Assembly: GCA_963818475.1 (NCBI GenBank)
Contig: CAWFSF010000002.1
Coordinates: 786,497-850,496 of the forward strand
Direction of reading: 5' to 3'
Length of the DNA: 64,000 nucleotides
Origin: Nitrospirota bacterium
GTDB lineage: Bacteria; Nitrospirota; UBA9217
A model generated the notes under the pieces. It worked only from the letters and a program-made list of their open reading frames with translations. It was not told the origin of the DNA and did no database searches. Every line of letters starts with the position of its first letter. Position 1 is the first letter of the stretch. The position numbers were made by a program, and so were the translations under genes. Of the stretch, positions 29,734-41,861 are shown in pieces.

Positions 29734-31530
29734 ATGATTAATTCGAAAGGCCTGTTAAAACTGATTGCCCTCCTGGGCATCGTCGCGGTGATCGGCTGCT
29801 GCATCTACGCATGGCAACACTATCAAGCCGGCGAGAAGGACCGGATCAGCTACACCGCTTTCATTGACAAGGTAAATTCCGGGCAGGTCGCGAACGTCAG
29901 GATGGAAGGCGACGAGATCACGGCCGACGGGAGGTCCGGGGCGAAGTACCGCCTCTTCAGGCCTCTGGACGCTGAGCTGTCGAAGCTGCTCCTCGCGAAG
30001 CATATCGATCTTTCCGCAAAGCCCCGGTCCACGCGCATGGGATGGTTCGAGCTGGCCATGGTGCTTGTGGTGATGACGTCCCTTTTCTTCGTCATGAAGA
30101 AGGTGGCCGTGTTCGGCCGAAGCAAGGCGAAGCCCGTGGACGGGTCGCTTTCAAAAACGTATTTCCGGGATGTGGCCGGGGCAGTAGAGGCAAAAGCCGA
30201 CCTTCTGGAAACCGTCGACTTTTTAAAGGACCCGATGAAGTTCACGAAGCTCGGGGGCAAAATGCCGACCGGCGTGCTTCTCGTCGGCCCTCCGGGTACG
30301 GGGAAAACCCTGCTGGCGCGGGCCGTAGCAGGCGAGGCGGGCGTCCCGTTCTTTGCGATGTCCGGATCGGAATTCGTCGAAATGTATGTCGGCGTCGGCG
30401 CTTCCCGGGTGCGAGATCTTTTTAAGGAAGGAAAAAAAGCTTCTCCCTGCATCATCTTTATCGACGAGCTCGACGCGGTGGGACGCCGGCGCGACGGGGG
30501 CGGCAGCGGCGCAAATGACGAGCGTGACCAGACCCTGAACCAGCTGCTCGTGGAAATGGACGGGTTCACCATAAACCCGGGAGTCGTCGTGATCGCCGCC
30601 ACAAACCGGCCCGAGGTGCTGGACCGGGCGCTTCTCCGTCCCGGCCGCTTCGATCGCCAGGTGGTTGTCGGCGCCCCTGATATCAGGGGACGCGAGGAGA
30701 TCCTCACGGTCCATACCCGCACGGTCCCCCTGGGCGCGGACGTCGATCTGCGGATACTTGCCCGGGGAACACCCGGCCTCTCGGGAGCCGATCTTGCCAG
30801 CGTGGTGAATGAGGCAGCGATCCTCGCGGCCCGATCGAACAAACCCGTCGTTGAAATGGCTGACTTTGAAGCCGCGAAGGACAAAGTGGTGATGGGCGCC
30901 GAGAGGAAATCAATGGTGCTCTCGGAAGCATCGAAATTGCGAACGGCCTGGCATGAAGCCGGCCACGTGATGGTGGCGAAGCTGGTCCCCGGGTGCGATC
31001 CGGTCCATAAGGTGTCGATCATCCCGAGGGGACGGGCGCTCGGGGTCACCGTGCAGATCCCGGAAGAAGACATCCTGTGCTACACGAGAGAGATGCTGGT
31101 CGGCCACCTCAAGGTGCTCATGGGGGGCCGGGCCGCCGAGGAACTGGTGTTCCGTACGACGACGACCGGGGCGGGCAACGACCTCGCGCGGGCGACGGAG
31201 ATGGCGCGGAAGATGGTCTGCCAGTGGGGCATGTCGGACGCATTCGGGCCGGTCGCGTTCGGCAATCACGACAGCGCCGGTTCCAATGAGGACGGGGGGC
31301 AGGCGATGAAGAATTTCAGCGATGCGACGGCGCTCGAGATCGACTCCGAGATCCGGTCGATCGTGACCGCGGCGTACGCTGACGTCCGGACGCTCCTGCA
31401 GACGCACATCGAGATGCTGAAGGCCCTTGTTGCGGAACTGGTCGCGAATGAAACCCTGACCAGCGCTGAAATAGATTCGATCCTGGAACGGACGCCGGCA
31501 GGGGCCGTAAAGGCAAGTCACCGCAGTTGA
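29734..31530 (+). CDS. ftsH: ATP-dependent zinc metalloprotease FtsH
   Basis: Two TM helices, [41 protein letters not shown]. Confidence 0.95.
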   Translation: MINSKGLLKLIALLGIVAVIGCCIYAWQHYQAGEKDRISYTAFIDKVNSGQVANVRMEGDEITADGRSGAKYRLFRPLDAELSKLLLAKHIDLSAKPRSTRMGWFELAMVLVVMTSLFFVMKKVAVFGRSKAKPVDGSLSKTYFRDVAGAVEAKADLLETVDFLKDPMKFTKLGGKMPTGVLLVGPPGTGKTLLARAVAGEAGVPFFAMSGSEFVEMYVGVGASRVRDLFKEGKKASPCIIFIDELDAVGRRRDGGGSGANDERDQTLNQLLVEMDGFTINPGVVVIAATNRPEVLDRALLRPGRFDRQVVVGAPDIRGREEILTVHTRTVPLGADVDLRILARGTPGLSGADLASVVNEAAILAARSNKPVVEMADFEAAKDKVVMGAERKSMVLSEASKLRTAWHEAGHVMVAKLVPGCDPVHKVSIIPRGRALGVTVQIPEEDILCYTREMLVGHLKVLMGGRAAEELVFRTTTTGAGNDLARATEMARKMVCQWGMSDAFGPVAFGNHDSAGSNEDGGQAMKNFSDATALEIDSEIRSIVTAAYADVRTLLQTHIEMLKALVAELVANETLTSAEIDSILERTPAGAVKASHRS

Positions 31531-31534
31531 TCCG

Positions 31535-31637
31535 GCTGATCGAACATGGCCCGGCCACATGCGGTCCTGTTGCATTATTTCGGCCTGTCATGGTATAGTA
31601 CGCCGGTCTATGAAGAACCTGCACGAAATGCCCCTGC
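31535..31637 (+). promoter_or_regulatory. Duplicate of the mfd promoter and first codons
   Basis: ~100-bp direct repeat of 33462-33563; TTGCAT-N18-TATAGT with TG extension; ATG 10 nt after the -10. Confidence 0.8.
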
Positions 31638-33466
31638 TCGCATTGTTCTCTTCATCCAATTATTCCTTTAATCTCCATGCAGTCCCCCCGCTCATCACGG
31701 CCTTTTCCGTATTACTTCTCGGTTTGATCGTTGTTGTCCGGGAAAAGGGGTCCCGCGTCAGCCTGCTCTATCTCAGCTACACCCTGGCTGCCTGTGCATG
31801 GCTCTTCTCCGCTTCCATGGCTTTATTTATGTCGTCGGAAGAGAGCGCATTCGAATGGATGAGGTTCGCCAACGCGGGAGTCACGGTGATTCCCGCCGCG
31901 CTGTACCACTTTACCGTCGTGGTGCTGGGGCTGGAAAAGGGGCACCGAACGCGCATCTGGTTCGCGTGGGCGGTTTCAACGCTCTTTCTGGCGATCTCGC
32001 TGCTGACGAACGTCCTGTTCGACGGGTTCCATCACTACTCCTGGGGCATCTTCCTGAAATTCCGGCGGCCTGCTTTTCTGTTCATATTCTATTTCTTCGT
32101 CATGACGGCCGACACGCTGAGACTCTATTGGCTCGAGTACCGGAAGGCAGACCGGAATACGACGAAGCACCGCCGTGCACGGGAGTTTCTTATCGCCTTC
32201 AGCATCGGCTATCTCGGCACGCTCGACTTCCTCCCCGCCGTCGGGGTTCCCTATTACCCCCTCAGCTCTGTCCCGATGATCTGTATGCTTATCCTCGTTT
32301 CACGCGCGATCTGGCGGTATCGTCTCGTGGACATCACTCCGGCGTTCGCCGCGCGCGAGATCATCGATACCATGAACGATGCGCTGATCGTGGTGGATCC
32401 CGAGAGGGTAGTCAGACTGGTCAATCAGGCAACGTGCAGCCTCCTCGGCTGTCGTGAACAGGACCTCATCGGCAGGCGGCCCGTAGAAGGCATGGCAGCG
32501 TGCCGGCAATTCGCGGAACAGTTCGAGACGTTCATCGAGAAGGGCGCGGTCGGGAACATTGAAGCCGAGTGCTGCCCGCACAACGGCGTTTTTCGAACGT
32601 TCAGCATGTCTGCTTCCATCATGCGGAACCCGAGTGGAGAACCGGTGGCAACCGTCTGCCTGGTGAACGACATCACCGACCGCAAGCGTGCCGAAAAGGA
32701 GCGGGAGCATCTGATCGAACAGCTTCAGGAGGCGAACGAGAAACTTCAGTCGATCGATAAAATGAAGACGAATTTCGTTTCCACGGTCTCCCACGAGCTT
32801 CGTACGCCGCTCACCACCATTAAGGCCTTCGTCGAACTGCTGCTGATGAAGCAGGGCATGCCGGAAGAGAAAAAAGTGAAGCTGATGAGCACGATCAATG
32901 CCGAGACCGACCGGCTTGCACGCCTCGTCACGGAGCTGCTGGATCTGGCCAGGATCGAGTCCGGTGCCATGAACTGGACGGTGGAAGAAGTGTGCCTCGA
33001 AGAAGTCATCAGGAACGTCATGAGGAGCATGGAGGTTTTGTTCGAGAACAAAGGTCTTCGGGTGAGCACTGCGTTCAGCTCACCCCTCTCCCGTCTCTCC
33101 GGTGACCGCGACCGTCTCATTCAGGTCGTGACCAACCTCCTTTCGAATGCGGTCAAGTTCACCCGGACGGGAGATGCGATCCATGTTGCAGTACGGCAGG
33201 AGGCTTCCCCGGCGCAGATCGTGGTCGAGATCTCCGATACCGGCATTGGCATACCAGAAGAGGATCTCGGGCTGATTTTCGAGACGTTTCAACGGTCGGA
33301 AGACAAGCGAATTGCCGCGATCGAAGGCAGCGGTCTCGGCCTTGCCATAACACGCCTGCTCGTCGAACACCATGGCGGCAGGATATGGGCCACGAGTACG
33401 TACGGGAAGGGGAGTACGTTCACGTTTACCCTGCCCCTTCCGACTCCTCCTGCTCAAAGATGCTGA
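31610..33466 (+). CDS. 7TM-PAS sensor histidine kinase
   Basis: Multi-TM N-terminus, PAS (DITDRK), VSHELRTPLT, NLLSNAVKF, DTGIGI, GSGLGL. Confidence 0.92.
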   Translation: MKNLHEMPLLALFSSSNYSFNLHAVPPLITAFSVLLLGLIVVVREKGSRVSLLYLSYTLAACAWLFSASMALFMSSEESAFEWMRFANAGVTVIPAALYHFTVVVLGLEKGHRTRIWFAWAVSTLFLAISLLTNVLFDGFHHYSWGIFLKFRRPAFLFIFYFFVMTADTLRLYWLEYRKADRNTTKHRRAREFLIAFSIGYLGTLDFLPAVGVPYYPLSSVPMICMLILVSRAIWRYRLVDITPAFAAREIIDTMNDALIVVDPERVVRLVNQATCSLLGCREQDLIGRRPVEGMAACRQFAEQFETFIEKGAVGNIEAECCPHNGVFRTFSMSASIMRNPSGEPVATVCLVNDITDRKRAEKEREHLIEQLQEANEKLQSIDKMKTNFVSTVSHELRTPLTTIKAFVELLLMKQGMPEEKKVKLMSTINAETDRLARLVTELLDLARIESGAMNWTVEEVCLEEVIRNVMRSMEVLFENKGLRVSTAFSSPLSRLSGDRDRLIQVVTNLLSNAVKFTRTGDAIHVAVRQEASPAQIVVEISDTGIGIPEEDLGLIFETFQRSEDKRIAAIEGSGLGLAITRLLVEHHGGRIWATSTYGKGSTFTFTLPLPTPPAQRC

Positions 33467-33535
33467 TCGAACAGGGTCCGGCCGTACGCTGTCCTGTTGC
33501 ATTATTTCGGCCGGTCATGGTATAGTGGGCGGCCT

Positions 33536-36500
33536 ATGAAGAACCTGCGCGATATGCTCCTGCCTGTTGTAAGCGAGATCCGGGCGGGAAAAAGAACGAT
33601 AGAAGTGAGCGAACTCTGGGGGGCCTCAAAGGCCCTTTTTTTGTTCGGCCTGCAGCAAGAGACCCGGAGCCCCCTCATCGTGGTGACGGCAACGGGTGAT
33701 GAAGCGGAGACGCTCGTTTCGGACCTGGAGTTCTTCGGCAGGACGATCTTCGCAAAAGAAGGGCAGCCCTTGCCCGAACTCCGCAGCTTCCCGTCCTGGG
33801 GACTTATTGCCCTTTGAAGCCGACTCGCCTGACAGCCGCACCGTGGGCGAGCGCATGCATTTTCTCTACAGCCTCATCTCCGGCCTGCCGGGCATCTATG
33901 TGGTGCCGGCCCAGTCGCTCCTGCAGAAGCTTCCGCCCTGGGAGCTCTTTGTCGATTCCGTCAGAACGATCAAAGCAGCAGCCCGGCTCGACCCCGAAAA
34001 CCTTATTGCTTCGCTCGTGGCAACTGGCTACGAATCGTCCTCGCTCGTCACGCGCGTAGGCGAGTTCAGCAGGCGCGGCGGCATCGTCGATCTCTTTTCT
34101 CCGCTCCATGAGCAGCCTGTGCGCCTGGAGTTCTTCGGCGACACCATCGAGTCCATGAGAAGCTTCGATCCCGAGACGCAGCGCTCAACGGGAGACCAGT
34201 CCGAGGTGGTGGTGCTGCCGGTGCGTGAGCTGATCGTCACGGACCAGGGCAGAGAGCGCTTTCAAAGCCGCGTCGACGATGAAGCTCTGCATGACCAGCT
34301 GAGCGAAGGCACGCTCATGCCCGGCGTCGAAAGCCTGGCCCCGTTCTTCTACGACATGGAAAGCCTGTTCCGCTATCTGCCGACCGAAAGTCTTGTAGCG
34401 CTGATCGAGCCCGACGATATCAACAAAGCGATCGATGAGCAGGGGCAGAAGATAGAAACCGGACGCGAAGAAGAGATCGAGGAAGGCAGGGTCCTGCCGG
34501 AAACTGGCAGAACTCTACCTTGACCAGGAAGGTGTTCGTACCGGGCTTTCAAACTTCCCCGTGCTCGACCATCCGTCTGCTCGGCACCGGGGTCGGACAC
34601 CGTCTCGATACGAAGTCCGCATCGTGGCTCGGCGTGCGGCTCACCAAACCGATCAGCCTGGGAGAGCAGGAACGGGAGCGGGAGTCCCTTGAAGGGACCA
34701 TGGCCGGACTGGTGGAGAAGCTGAAGCGGTTGCGAACGGAAAGCCGCGTGGCTGTTGTCTGCGGCACTGATGAGGCTGCCGCGCGGCTCAAGAAGCTGTT
34801 CTGCTGAATACGGCCTGAGCGTGGTGGTCAGCGATCATGTGACGGGCCAGGAGACCGGGCCCTGGCCGATCCTGGTGATGGTCAACCGGCTGTCCGAAGG
34901 GTTCCTGTGGCAGGAGCTGGGCCTCGCCTTCATCACGGAAGAGGAGATCTTCGGCAGGAAGGTCCATCGCCCTGCTGCGCCGCGGTCGAAGGTCGCGCCC
35001 TTCCTTTCATCCTTCAAGGAGCTGAAGCCCGGCGATTTCGTGGTGCATACGGATTACGGCGTGGGCGAATACCAGGGCCTGACGCACATCAGCCTGGACG
35101 GGTTCGAGACGGATTTCCTGACGCTGCGCTACGAGCCTGACGTGAAGCTGTACGTCCCGCTCTACAGCCTCGACAAGGTGCAGAAGTACATCGGCGTCGA
35201 GGGCTCGGCGCCGAAGCTCGACCGGCTGGGCGCGCCTGCCTGGGCAAAGACCAAGGCGAAGGTGAAGAAGGACATCCTTGCCATGGCGCAGGAGCTGGTG
35301 GCGATCTACGCCGCGCGCGAGGCCCAGACCCGCGCTGCCTTCACCCCGCCGGACAATCTCTACCGCGAGTTCGAGTCCGCCTTCCCCTATCGAGGAGACG
35401 CCGGACCAGCAGAAGGCCATCGATGACGTGCTTTCCGACATGCAGCGGCCGCGGCCCATGGACCGCGTGGTCTGCGGCGATGTGGGCTACGGCAAGACCG
35501 AGGTCGCGCTCCGGGCCGCGTTCAAGGCCGTGGAGGACGGCATGCAGGCTGCCGTGCTCGTGCCGACGACGCTTCTGGCGGAGCAGCATTTCCGCACCTT
35601 CTCGGAGCGGCTCGCGCCCTTCTCGATCCGCGTGGAGATGCTTTCCCGCTTCCGCACGCAAAGCGGAGCAGCAGGAGACGCTCAAGGGCCTGAAGAGCGG
35701 GACGGTGGACTTCGTGATCGGAACGCACCGTCTGCTCCAGAAGGACATGGTGTTCAAGAACCTGGGCCTTCTGGTGGTGGACGAGGAGCACAAGTTCGGC
35801 GTGAAGCACAAGGAGCGCATCAAGGAGTTCAAAAAGCTCGTGGACGTGCTGACGCTCACGGCCACGCCGATCCCGCGCACGCTCCATATGTCGCTCGCCG
35901 GCATCCGCGACCTCTCGATCATCCAGACGCCGCCGCTCGACCGCCAGGCCATCCAGGTGGTCGCTGGCGCGCTTCGGCAAGCGCGTGATCCGCGAGGCGA
36001 TCCTGCGCGAGCTCGAGCGGGGCGGCCAGGTCTTCTTCGTGCATAACCGCGTGCAGGGCATCGAGCGCATGGCCGATTTCGTCCAGAACCTCGTGCCCGA
36101 GGCAAAGGTCGGCATTGCCCACGGCCAGCTGAAAGAGGACGAGATCGAGGACGTGATGACGAAGTTCATCGCAGGCACGAGCTGAACGTGCTCGTGACCA
36201 CGACGATCATCGAGTCAGGCATCGATATCCCCACGGCGAACACGATCATCATCAACCGCGCCGACCGCTTCGGTCTGGCGGACCTCTACCAGATCAAGGG
36301 CCGCGTCGGCAGGAGCAGGGAGAAGGCCTACGCGATCCTGCTTGCGCCGGCAGACGAGGCGCTCACGGAAACGGCGCGCAAGCGGCTCCGGGCCATCCAG
36401 GAGCTGTCCGAGCTCGGCGCCGGCTTCCGCATCGCGGCCCAGGACCTGGAGACCCGGGGCGCCGGCAATCTGCTCGGCAAGCAGCAGTCGGGCCATATCG

Positions 36501-37018
36501 CGGCCGTGGGCATCGATCTCTACACCCAGATGATGGAGGAGGCCATGGCCGAGCTGCGCGGCGAGGAGACTCGCTGTGGAGCCGGACACGCAGATCACCA
36601 TGCGCGCCTCGGCCTTCATCCCCGAGGACTACATCAACGATCCGAGCCTGCGTCTGGCGGCGTACAAGGAGGTGTCGAGCGTGGCCGATGAAGCAGCAGC
36701 TCCGCGACCTTGCCGACGAACTGCGCGACCGCTACGGCCTGCTGCCCGAGCCCGCGGCCAACCTGTTCGAGATCATGAGCGTCAAGATCATCGCCAAGAA
36801 GGCGCAGGTCGCGCGGATCGACGCGGGCAAGGACCATGGTGCAGATCACCTTCGCCGAAGGCGCGAAGATCTCGCCCGAACGGGTCATGCTGCTGCTCAA
36901 GAAGAACAAGGGGAAGATCAAGCTGGTCCCCGAGTATACGCTGCAGCTCGTCCTGGGCGACGAATCGCTCAAAACCGCGTCAAATGCGGTGAAAAAGTGC
37001 TTGCAGGAACTGCTGTAA
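33536..37018 (+). CDS. mfd: Transcription-repair coupling factor (about 10 apparent indels)
   Basis: [11 protein letters not shown], CarD-like [48 protein letters not shown] and TRCF domain across successive frames. Confidence 0.92.
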
Positions 37019-37103
37019 AGTGTTATATACAAGAGCGTCCCGCACGCGGTGACGCGCATTCATTGCAGCAAAATAACGCATAAAACCTATCGGAGGAATC
37101 TTC

Positions 37104-37811
37104 ATGAAACTGTTTTTCCAGACAGCCGCAACGGTAGTTGTGCTTGCGCTCGGCCTTGTCGGCTGCAACAAGGGCACTGACAGCGCCGTGCTTGCCAAGG
37201 TGAACCGGACCACGATCACGATCGCCGATTTCAAGAAACAGGTCAAGGACCTGGATCCGCAGGTCCAGCCGATCGTGACCACCGATGCCAAGGCCCGCAA
37301 GGAGTTCCTCGACCAGATCGTCGGATACGAGGTGGCCATTCAGGAGGCAAAGCGGCTCGGGCTCGACAAGGACGCGGACTTTAAAAAGCACGTGGCCGAG
37401 TACCGCGAAGAGATGGAGCGCAAGGTCCAGGAGGCGATGAAGTTCGAGCTGCTGTCCAACCTGGTCAAAAAAGAGCTGGCGAACAAGATCACGGCCCCCA
37501 CCGACCAGGAGGTCAAGGACTACTACACCAAGAACATCACCCGCATGCGTACGGCCGACGGCAAGAAGGTCAGCCTCGAGCAGGCCGCGCCCGTCATCAA
37601 GGAGCGGATGGCCAACGAGCGGCAGCGCGAAGCCTTTGTCGGGTATGTGAAGGGCCTCAAGGAAAAGGCCAAGATCACGATAGACGAAAAGGCCCTCGCT
37701 TCGCTCGGCACCGATACCGCCGAGCTGCTGCCACAGGAAGGCCAGAAGCCGTCTTCCGCGACGGAGGCGCCTGCAAAGGACGCGGCCAAAAAGGAAGCGT
37801 CCGGGAAATAA
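37104..37811 (+). CDS. SurA N-terminal-like lipoprotein chaperone
   Basis: LVGC lipobox; VLAKVN..IT; EAKRLGLDKD; LKEKAKI. Confidence 0.8.
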   Translation: MKLFFQTAATVVVLALGLVGCNKGTDSAVLAKVNRTTITIADFKKQVKDLDPQVQPIVTTDAKARKEFLDQIVGYEVAIQEAKRLGLDKDADFKKHVAEYREEMERKVQEAMKFELLSNLVKKELANKITAPTDQEVKDYYTKNITRMRTADGKKVSLEQAAPVIKERMANERQREAFVGYVKGLKEKAKITIDEKALASLGTDTAELLPQEGQKPSSATEAPAKDAAKKEASGK

Positions 37812-37821
37812 CGCAGGAAAC

Positions 37822-38818
37822 ATGGCTAACCATCGGTTCGTGACATATATGGCCCCGGCGCTTTTTCTGGGGCTTATCTTTTTTTCGTGCACGAAAAAAG
37901 AGGAGGCCGTTGCTCCGGCCCCGGAGCAGGCACCTGCGGTCTCGCCTGACGTCAGGGTCGTGGCGACCGTGAACGGCGACCCCATCTACGCTGGCCGAGT
38001 TCCAGGAACGGCTGGTCCGCGCAGGCTTCAAGTCCGGCAAAGAGGTGGAGCCGGAGGTCAAGGAAGAGCTGCTGAACCGCCTGGTGGAGCGCAAGATGCT
38101 GCTGCGCGAAGCCCAGCGGCGGCGGATCAAGATCGGGCTGCCCGACATCAATAAACGGATCGAGTCGTTCCGGGCAGAGCAGGGCCAGGAGGTCAAAGAG
38201 GTCCTGGCGGGCCAGGGCATCGATTTCGAAAAGTGGAAGAACGACATCTGGGAAGACCTGATGATCGAGCGCTTGCTGGCGCGCGAGGTGAACAGGCAGG
38301 CCGCTGTTTCCGGCGCCGAGGTCCGCAAGTACTATCAGGACAATCTGCAGCAATTTGAACGGCCCGAACAGGTCCGGGTGCGCCAGATCGTGGTCTCGAG
38401 CGAGACGGAAGCACAGCAGGCGCTGGAACAGCTCCAGGCGAATCCGGATTTTGCGGCGGTCGCGCGCGAGCGGTCAACGGCGCCCGAGGCCGAACTCGGC
38501 GGCGATCTGGGATATTTTTCCCGCGGTGACATGCCCGCGGAGTTCAATATTGTTTTTACCCTTCCGAAGGGCGGCGTGAGCGGCGTCGTGAAGAGCCCCT
38601 ACGGATTTCATATTTTCAAGCTCGAGAACAAACGGCCTGCCGGAGTGATGGGCCTCGAAGAGGCATCTCCGGCGATCCGGGAAAAGCTGCTGCAGGAAAA
38701 GCAGGACCGCAGGTACCAGCAATGGCTAAAGGAGCTTCGGTCCCGGACGAAGTTCGAGGTCAATTATCAGGCGCTGATCCAGGAGCAGCCTCCTGGGGGC
38801 GATCTGTCAGGGAAGTAG
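37822..38818 (+). CDS. PpiC-type peptidylprolyl isomerase (one indel)
   Basis: VVATVNGDPI; VRVRQIVV; FAAVARERS...GGDLGYF; VKSPYGFHI. Confidence 0.85.
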
Positions 38819-38843
38819 CAGGACAAAGCGAGTGGAGCGAACA

Positions 38844-39780
38844 ATGAAAAAACATTTTTTGATCATAGCGGCAGTGTGCGCCATGCTATTCGGTCCGGCA
38901 GAACAGCGTTCAACGATCGCGTCCGTTGTCGTCGACCGCGTGGTGGCGGTGGTGAATGACGAGATCATTACGCTGAGCGATCTGCAGCGCGAGGACCTGA
39001 AAAAGAGCAGCGCCGCACGGGACGAGCGGCTGATCCTCGAGGACCTGATCGACCGGAAGCTCCAGCTGGCAGCTGCCAAGCGGTCCGGCATCGACGTGAC
39101 GGACGCTGAGCTTGCCGAGGCGCTGGCCGAGATCATGAAGCGCAACACCATGGACCGCAAACAGTTCGACGCAGAACTGGCAAAGGAGGGGCTCACCTAT
39201 GACCAGTACCGGTCCGAGCTCCGGGAGCAGATCACGCTCTCGCGCATCTTCAACAAATACGTACGGTCGGGGCTGGGCCTGGACGAAGCCGAACTGCGCG
39301 CCTATTACGAGCGCAACCAGAAGGCCTACGCGCTGCCCGAGGAGATCCGCGTGCGCCAGATCTTCATAAAGCAGCCGGACAACGCGACAGCCTCCCAGGC
39401 GGCTGCTGCCCGTGAGCGCGCCAGGATAGCTTCCGAACGCGCCCGCAGGGGAGAGGATTTCGTCGGTCTGGTGCGGGAACTGTCCGCGAGCGAGAACGCG
39501 GCCGAAGGCGGCGACCTCGGTTTCATGCGCCGGGACCATGCCCTTCCCGGAGATCGAGCAGGCCACCCGGTCGCTCAAGCCCGGCGAGATCGCCGGTCCG
39601 CTCCAGTTCGCCGGCGGCTACCATATCATCCGGCTCGAGGAGGTCAGGACCCCGGTCATGCCCTTTGACCGGGTGAAGGACGAGATCCAGTCCACCCTGT
39701 ACCAGCAGAAGCTCGATAACACCTACCGTACCTGGCTCCAGACCCTGCGGGGCGATTCGCACATCGAGAACAGGCTGTAA
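38844..39780 (+). CDS. SurA-family peptidylprolyl isomerase (one indel)
   Basis: VVDRVVAVVNDEIITLSDL; GGDLGF; GYHII. Confidence 0.85.
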
Positions 39781-39895
39781 ATGAGAAGTCAGAAGTAAGA
39801 AGATGAGAAGTAAGAAGACCAGATGTATTCAGAAGCAAGTGCTTAGAAGTCGCAAGGTGTTAGTCTAACTTCTTACCTCTTACCTCTGTCCTTAT
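39781..39895. repeat. Heptamer tandem/inverted repeats (AGAAGTA-type)
   Basis: agaagtc-agaagta-agaagat... opposed by cttacct-cttacct. Confidence 0.6.
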
Positions 39896-39906
39896 CCCCC
39901 CCACTT

Positions 39907-41071
39907 ATGAAAACCGTACGCCTGAAAAAGAAAGAAGAGCGCCGCATCCTGCGCGGCCACCCCTGGGTGTTCAGCAACGAACTGCAGGGCATCCCCGCCG
40001 GGACCATGCCGGGCGAGATCGTGGACGTGCTTGATTTTTCGGGCGCGTTCATCGGCCGCGGGTACATCAACCCCCATTCGCTCATTTGCGTGCGGCTTTT
40101 GACCCGGAAGCAGGAAGAGATCGATCAAGATTTTTTCCGCGGCCGCATCGCGCGGGCACGCTCCCTGCGCACCCTGCTCGGGTTCGGCGATTCCTTCCGC
40201 GCGGTCTTCGGCGAAGGCGACGGCTTGCCCGGATTGATCGTGGACAAATACGCGGACACGCTCGTGCTGCAGTCCACGACCGCGGGCATCGAAGCACAGC
40301 TCGACCCGATCCTCGCCGCACTGATCGACGAATATGCACCGAAAGCGATCGTGCTCAGGAATGATACGGCCTCGCGCGAACTTGAAGGGCTGACGCAGGA
40401 AACGCGCGTTGTCCGCGGAGAGGTCACCGGCCCGGTGGCCATCGAAGAGTCGGGCATCACGTATACGGTCGATGTTCTCGAAGGCCAGAAGACGGGCTTC
40501 TTTTTTGACCAGCGCGAGAACCGGCAGGCGCTCAAAGGCCTGGTGCAGGGCACGGCGCACCCTTGACTGCTTCTGTTATGTCGGGGCCTGGTCCTTAAGC
40601 GCCGCGCGCTACGGCGCAGCAGAGGTGATCGGCGTCGACTCGTCCCAGAAGGCCGTGGACCTGGCTTCGCGAAATGCGGCCCTGAACGGCCTGTCGGCGC
40701 GGTTCGTGAAGGCCGACGCCTTCGAGGAGCTGCGGCGGCTCGACAAGGAGCGCGAACGCTTCGGCTGCATCATCCTCGACCCGCCGGCATTCGTGAAGAG
40801 CCGGGCCAAGGTGCGGGAGGCGCTCAAGGGGTATAAAGAGATCAACCTCCGGGGCATGAAGCTGCTGGAGCCCGGCGGGGTGCTGGTCACCTGTTCCTGC
40901 TCGCATCACATCGACGAGGACCTGTTCCGCGAGATGCTGATCGACGCGGCCCAGTCGGCCGGCAGGCAGGCGCGGCTCCTCGAGATGCGCTCCCAGGCGC
41001 GGGACCATCCGATGCTGCTCGCGGCGCGCGAGACGCAGTACCTGAAGTGCGCGGTGCTGGTGATCGAATAA
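39907..41071 (+). CDS. RlmI-like class I SAM-dependent rRNA methyltransferase (one indel)
   Basis: GHPWVFSNE (PUA), EGDGLPGLIVD, GQKTGFFFDQR, IILDPPAF, TCSCS, YLK. Confidence 0.88.
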
Positions 41072-41072
41072 T

Positions 41073-41150
41073 AAAGCTGAAGGCGGGAAGGTTAGAGGTA
41101 AGTGGAAAATAACCTTCAGCCTTCAACCTTCAACACCTGAACTACCTACT
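41073..41150. repeat. Heptamer inverted repeats (CCTTCAA-type)
   Basis: gctgaagg...gaaggtt opposed by ccttcag-ccttcaa-ccttcaa. Confidence 0.55.
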
Positions 41151-41202
41151 GAATTTTATCTTGACTAAGCAGCATGCCCTGTGTTAAAAAGTATCCGTTC
41201 CC

Positions 41203-41277
41203 GGGCGATTAGCTCAGCGGGAGAGCACTGCCTTCACACGGCAGGGGTCGCAGGTTCAAACCCTGCATCGCCCACCA
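41203..41277 (+). tRNA. tRNA-Val (anticodon CAC)
   Basis: GGGCGAT/ATCGCCC acceptor stem, CTGCC-TTCACAC-GGCAG anticodon arm, GGTTCAAA T-loop, encoded CCA. Confidence 0.97.
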
Positions 41278-41286
41278 TGATAATCA

Positions 41287-41319
41287 AAGGGTTACAGCAT
41301 TTTGCTGTAGCCCTTTTTC
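41287..41319 (+). terminator. Intrinsic terminator after tRNA
   Basis: AAAGGGTTACAGC-ATTTT-GCTGTAGCCCTTTTT. Confidence 0.75.
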
Positions 41320-41470
41320 ATTGGCTGTGTCCTTTTTGTGCCCCCCAGCGCCACTCTCTACAGAAGCACGACTAAAGGCAGGATATCTGTTGCAGCAGCT
41401 GCAAAACAGCGAACGGTTGTCATGAGGTATTCGAAAAGAAAAGCAGGCAACGCCGAAAAACTTCTTTACT

Positions 41471-41704
41471 CCTTAAAAAAGCATTTGGACACGGATTAAC
41501 ACGGATAAAAGCCGGATAACGGCGGATTATTTCTTTTCTAAGAGGTTCACCCAATAGGTGAATGCTTTAGAATTTATCCGCGTCGCTTAGAAGCGCCTAC
41601 TTCTGGTAATCAGATGTTTCCGATTCTTCCGTGTCCAAATGCCGTTTTTAGGTTAATCCTGAATGCCTGATTTTATCTGCGTGAATCTGCGTAAATCTGC
41701 GGCC
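41471..41704. repeat. MITE-like inverted-repeat element plus short tandem repeats
   Basis: GCATTTGGACACGGA / TCCGTGTCCAAATGC IR; acacggat(ta) and atctgcgt(ga) tandem units. Confidence 0.65.
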
Positions 41705-41861
41705 AACTGCAGACAGTCTGCCTCACTTCCTCCTCTTGCCAGACCTGCGGCGCATTGAAGCGCTGATTCGGGCTGGACATTTGCAACGAACTGGAGTAAC
41801 GTTTGTAATTATTCAATCATTTACGCTATGTGGTACGGCCGCATTTCAAGGAGGTATATTC

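Noticed and set aside
29850-31575. Long antisense ORFs (407 aa, 221 aa) opposite ftsH, and similar ones opposite cooS, mfd and the SurA genes
   Set aside because: Shadow frames produced by GC-rich codon bias; no motifs or RBS.
33536-37018. mfd as a true pseudogene or programmed frameshift gene
   Set aside because: Indels are scattered through many unrelated genes with motifs intact; sequencing error is the simpler explanation.
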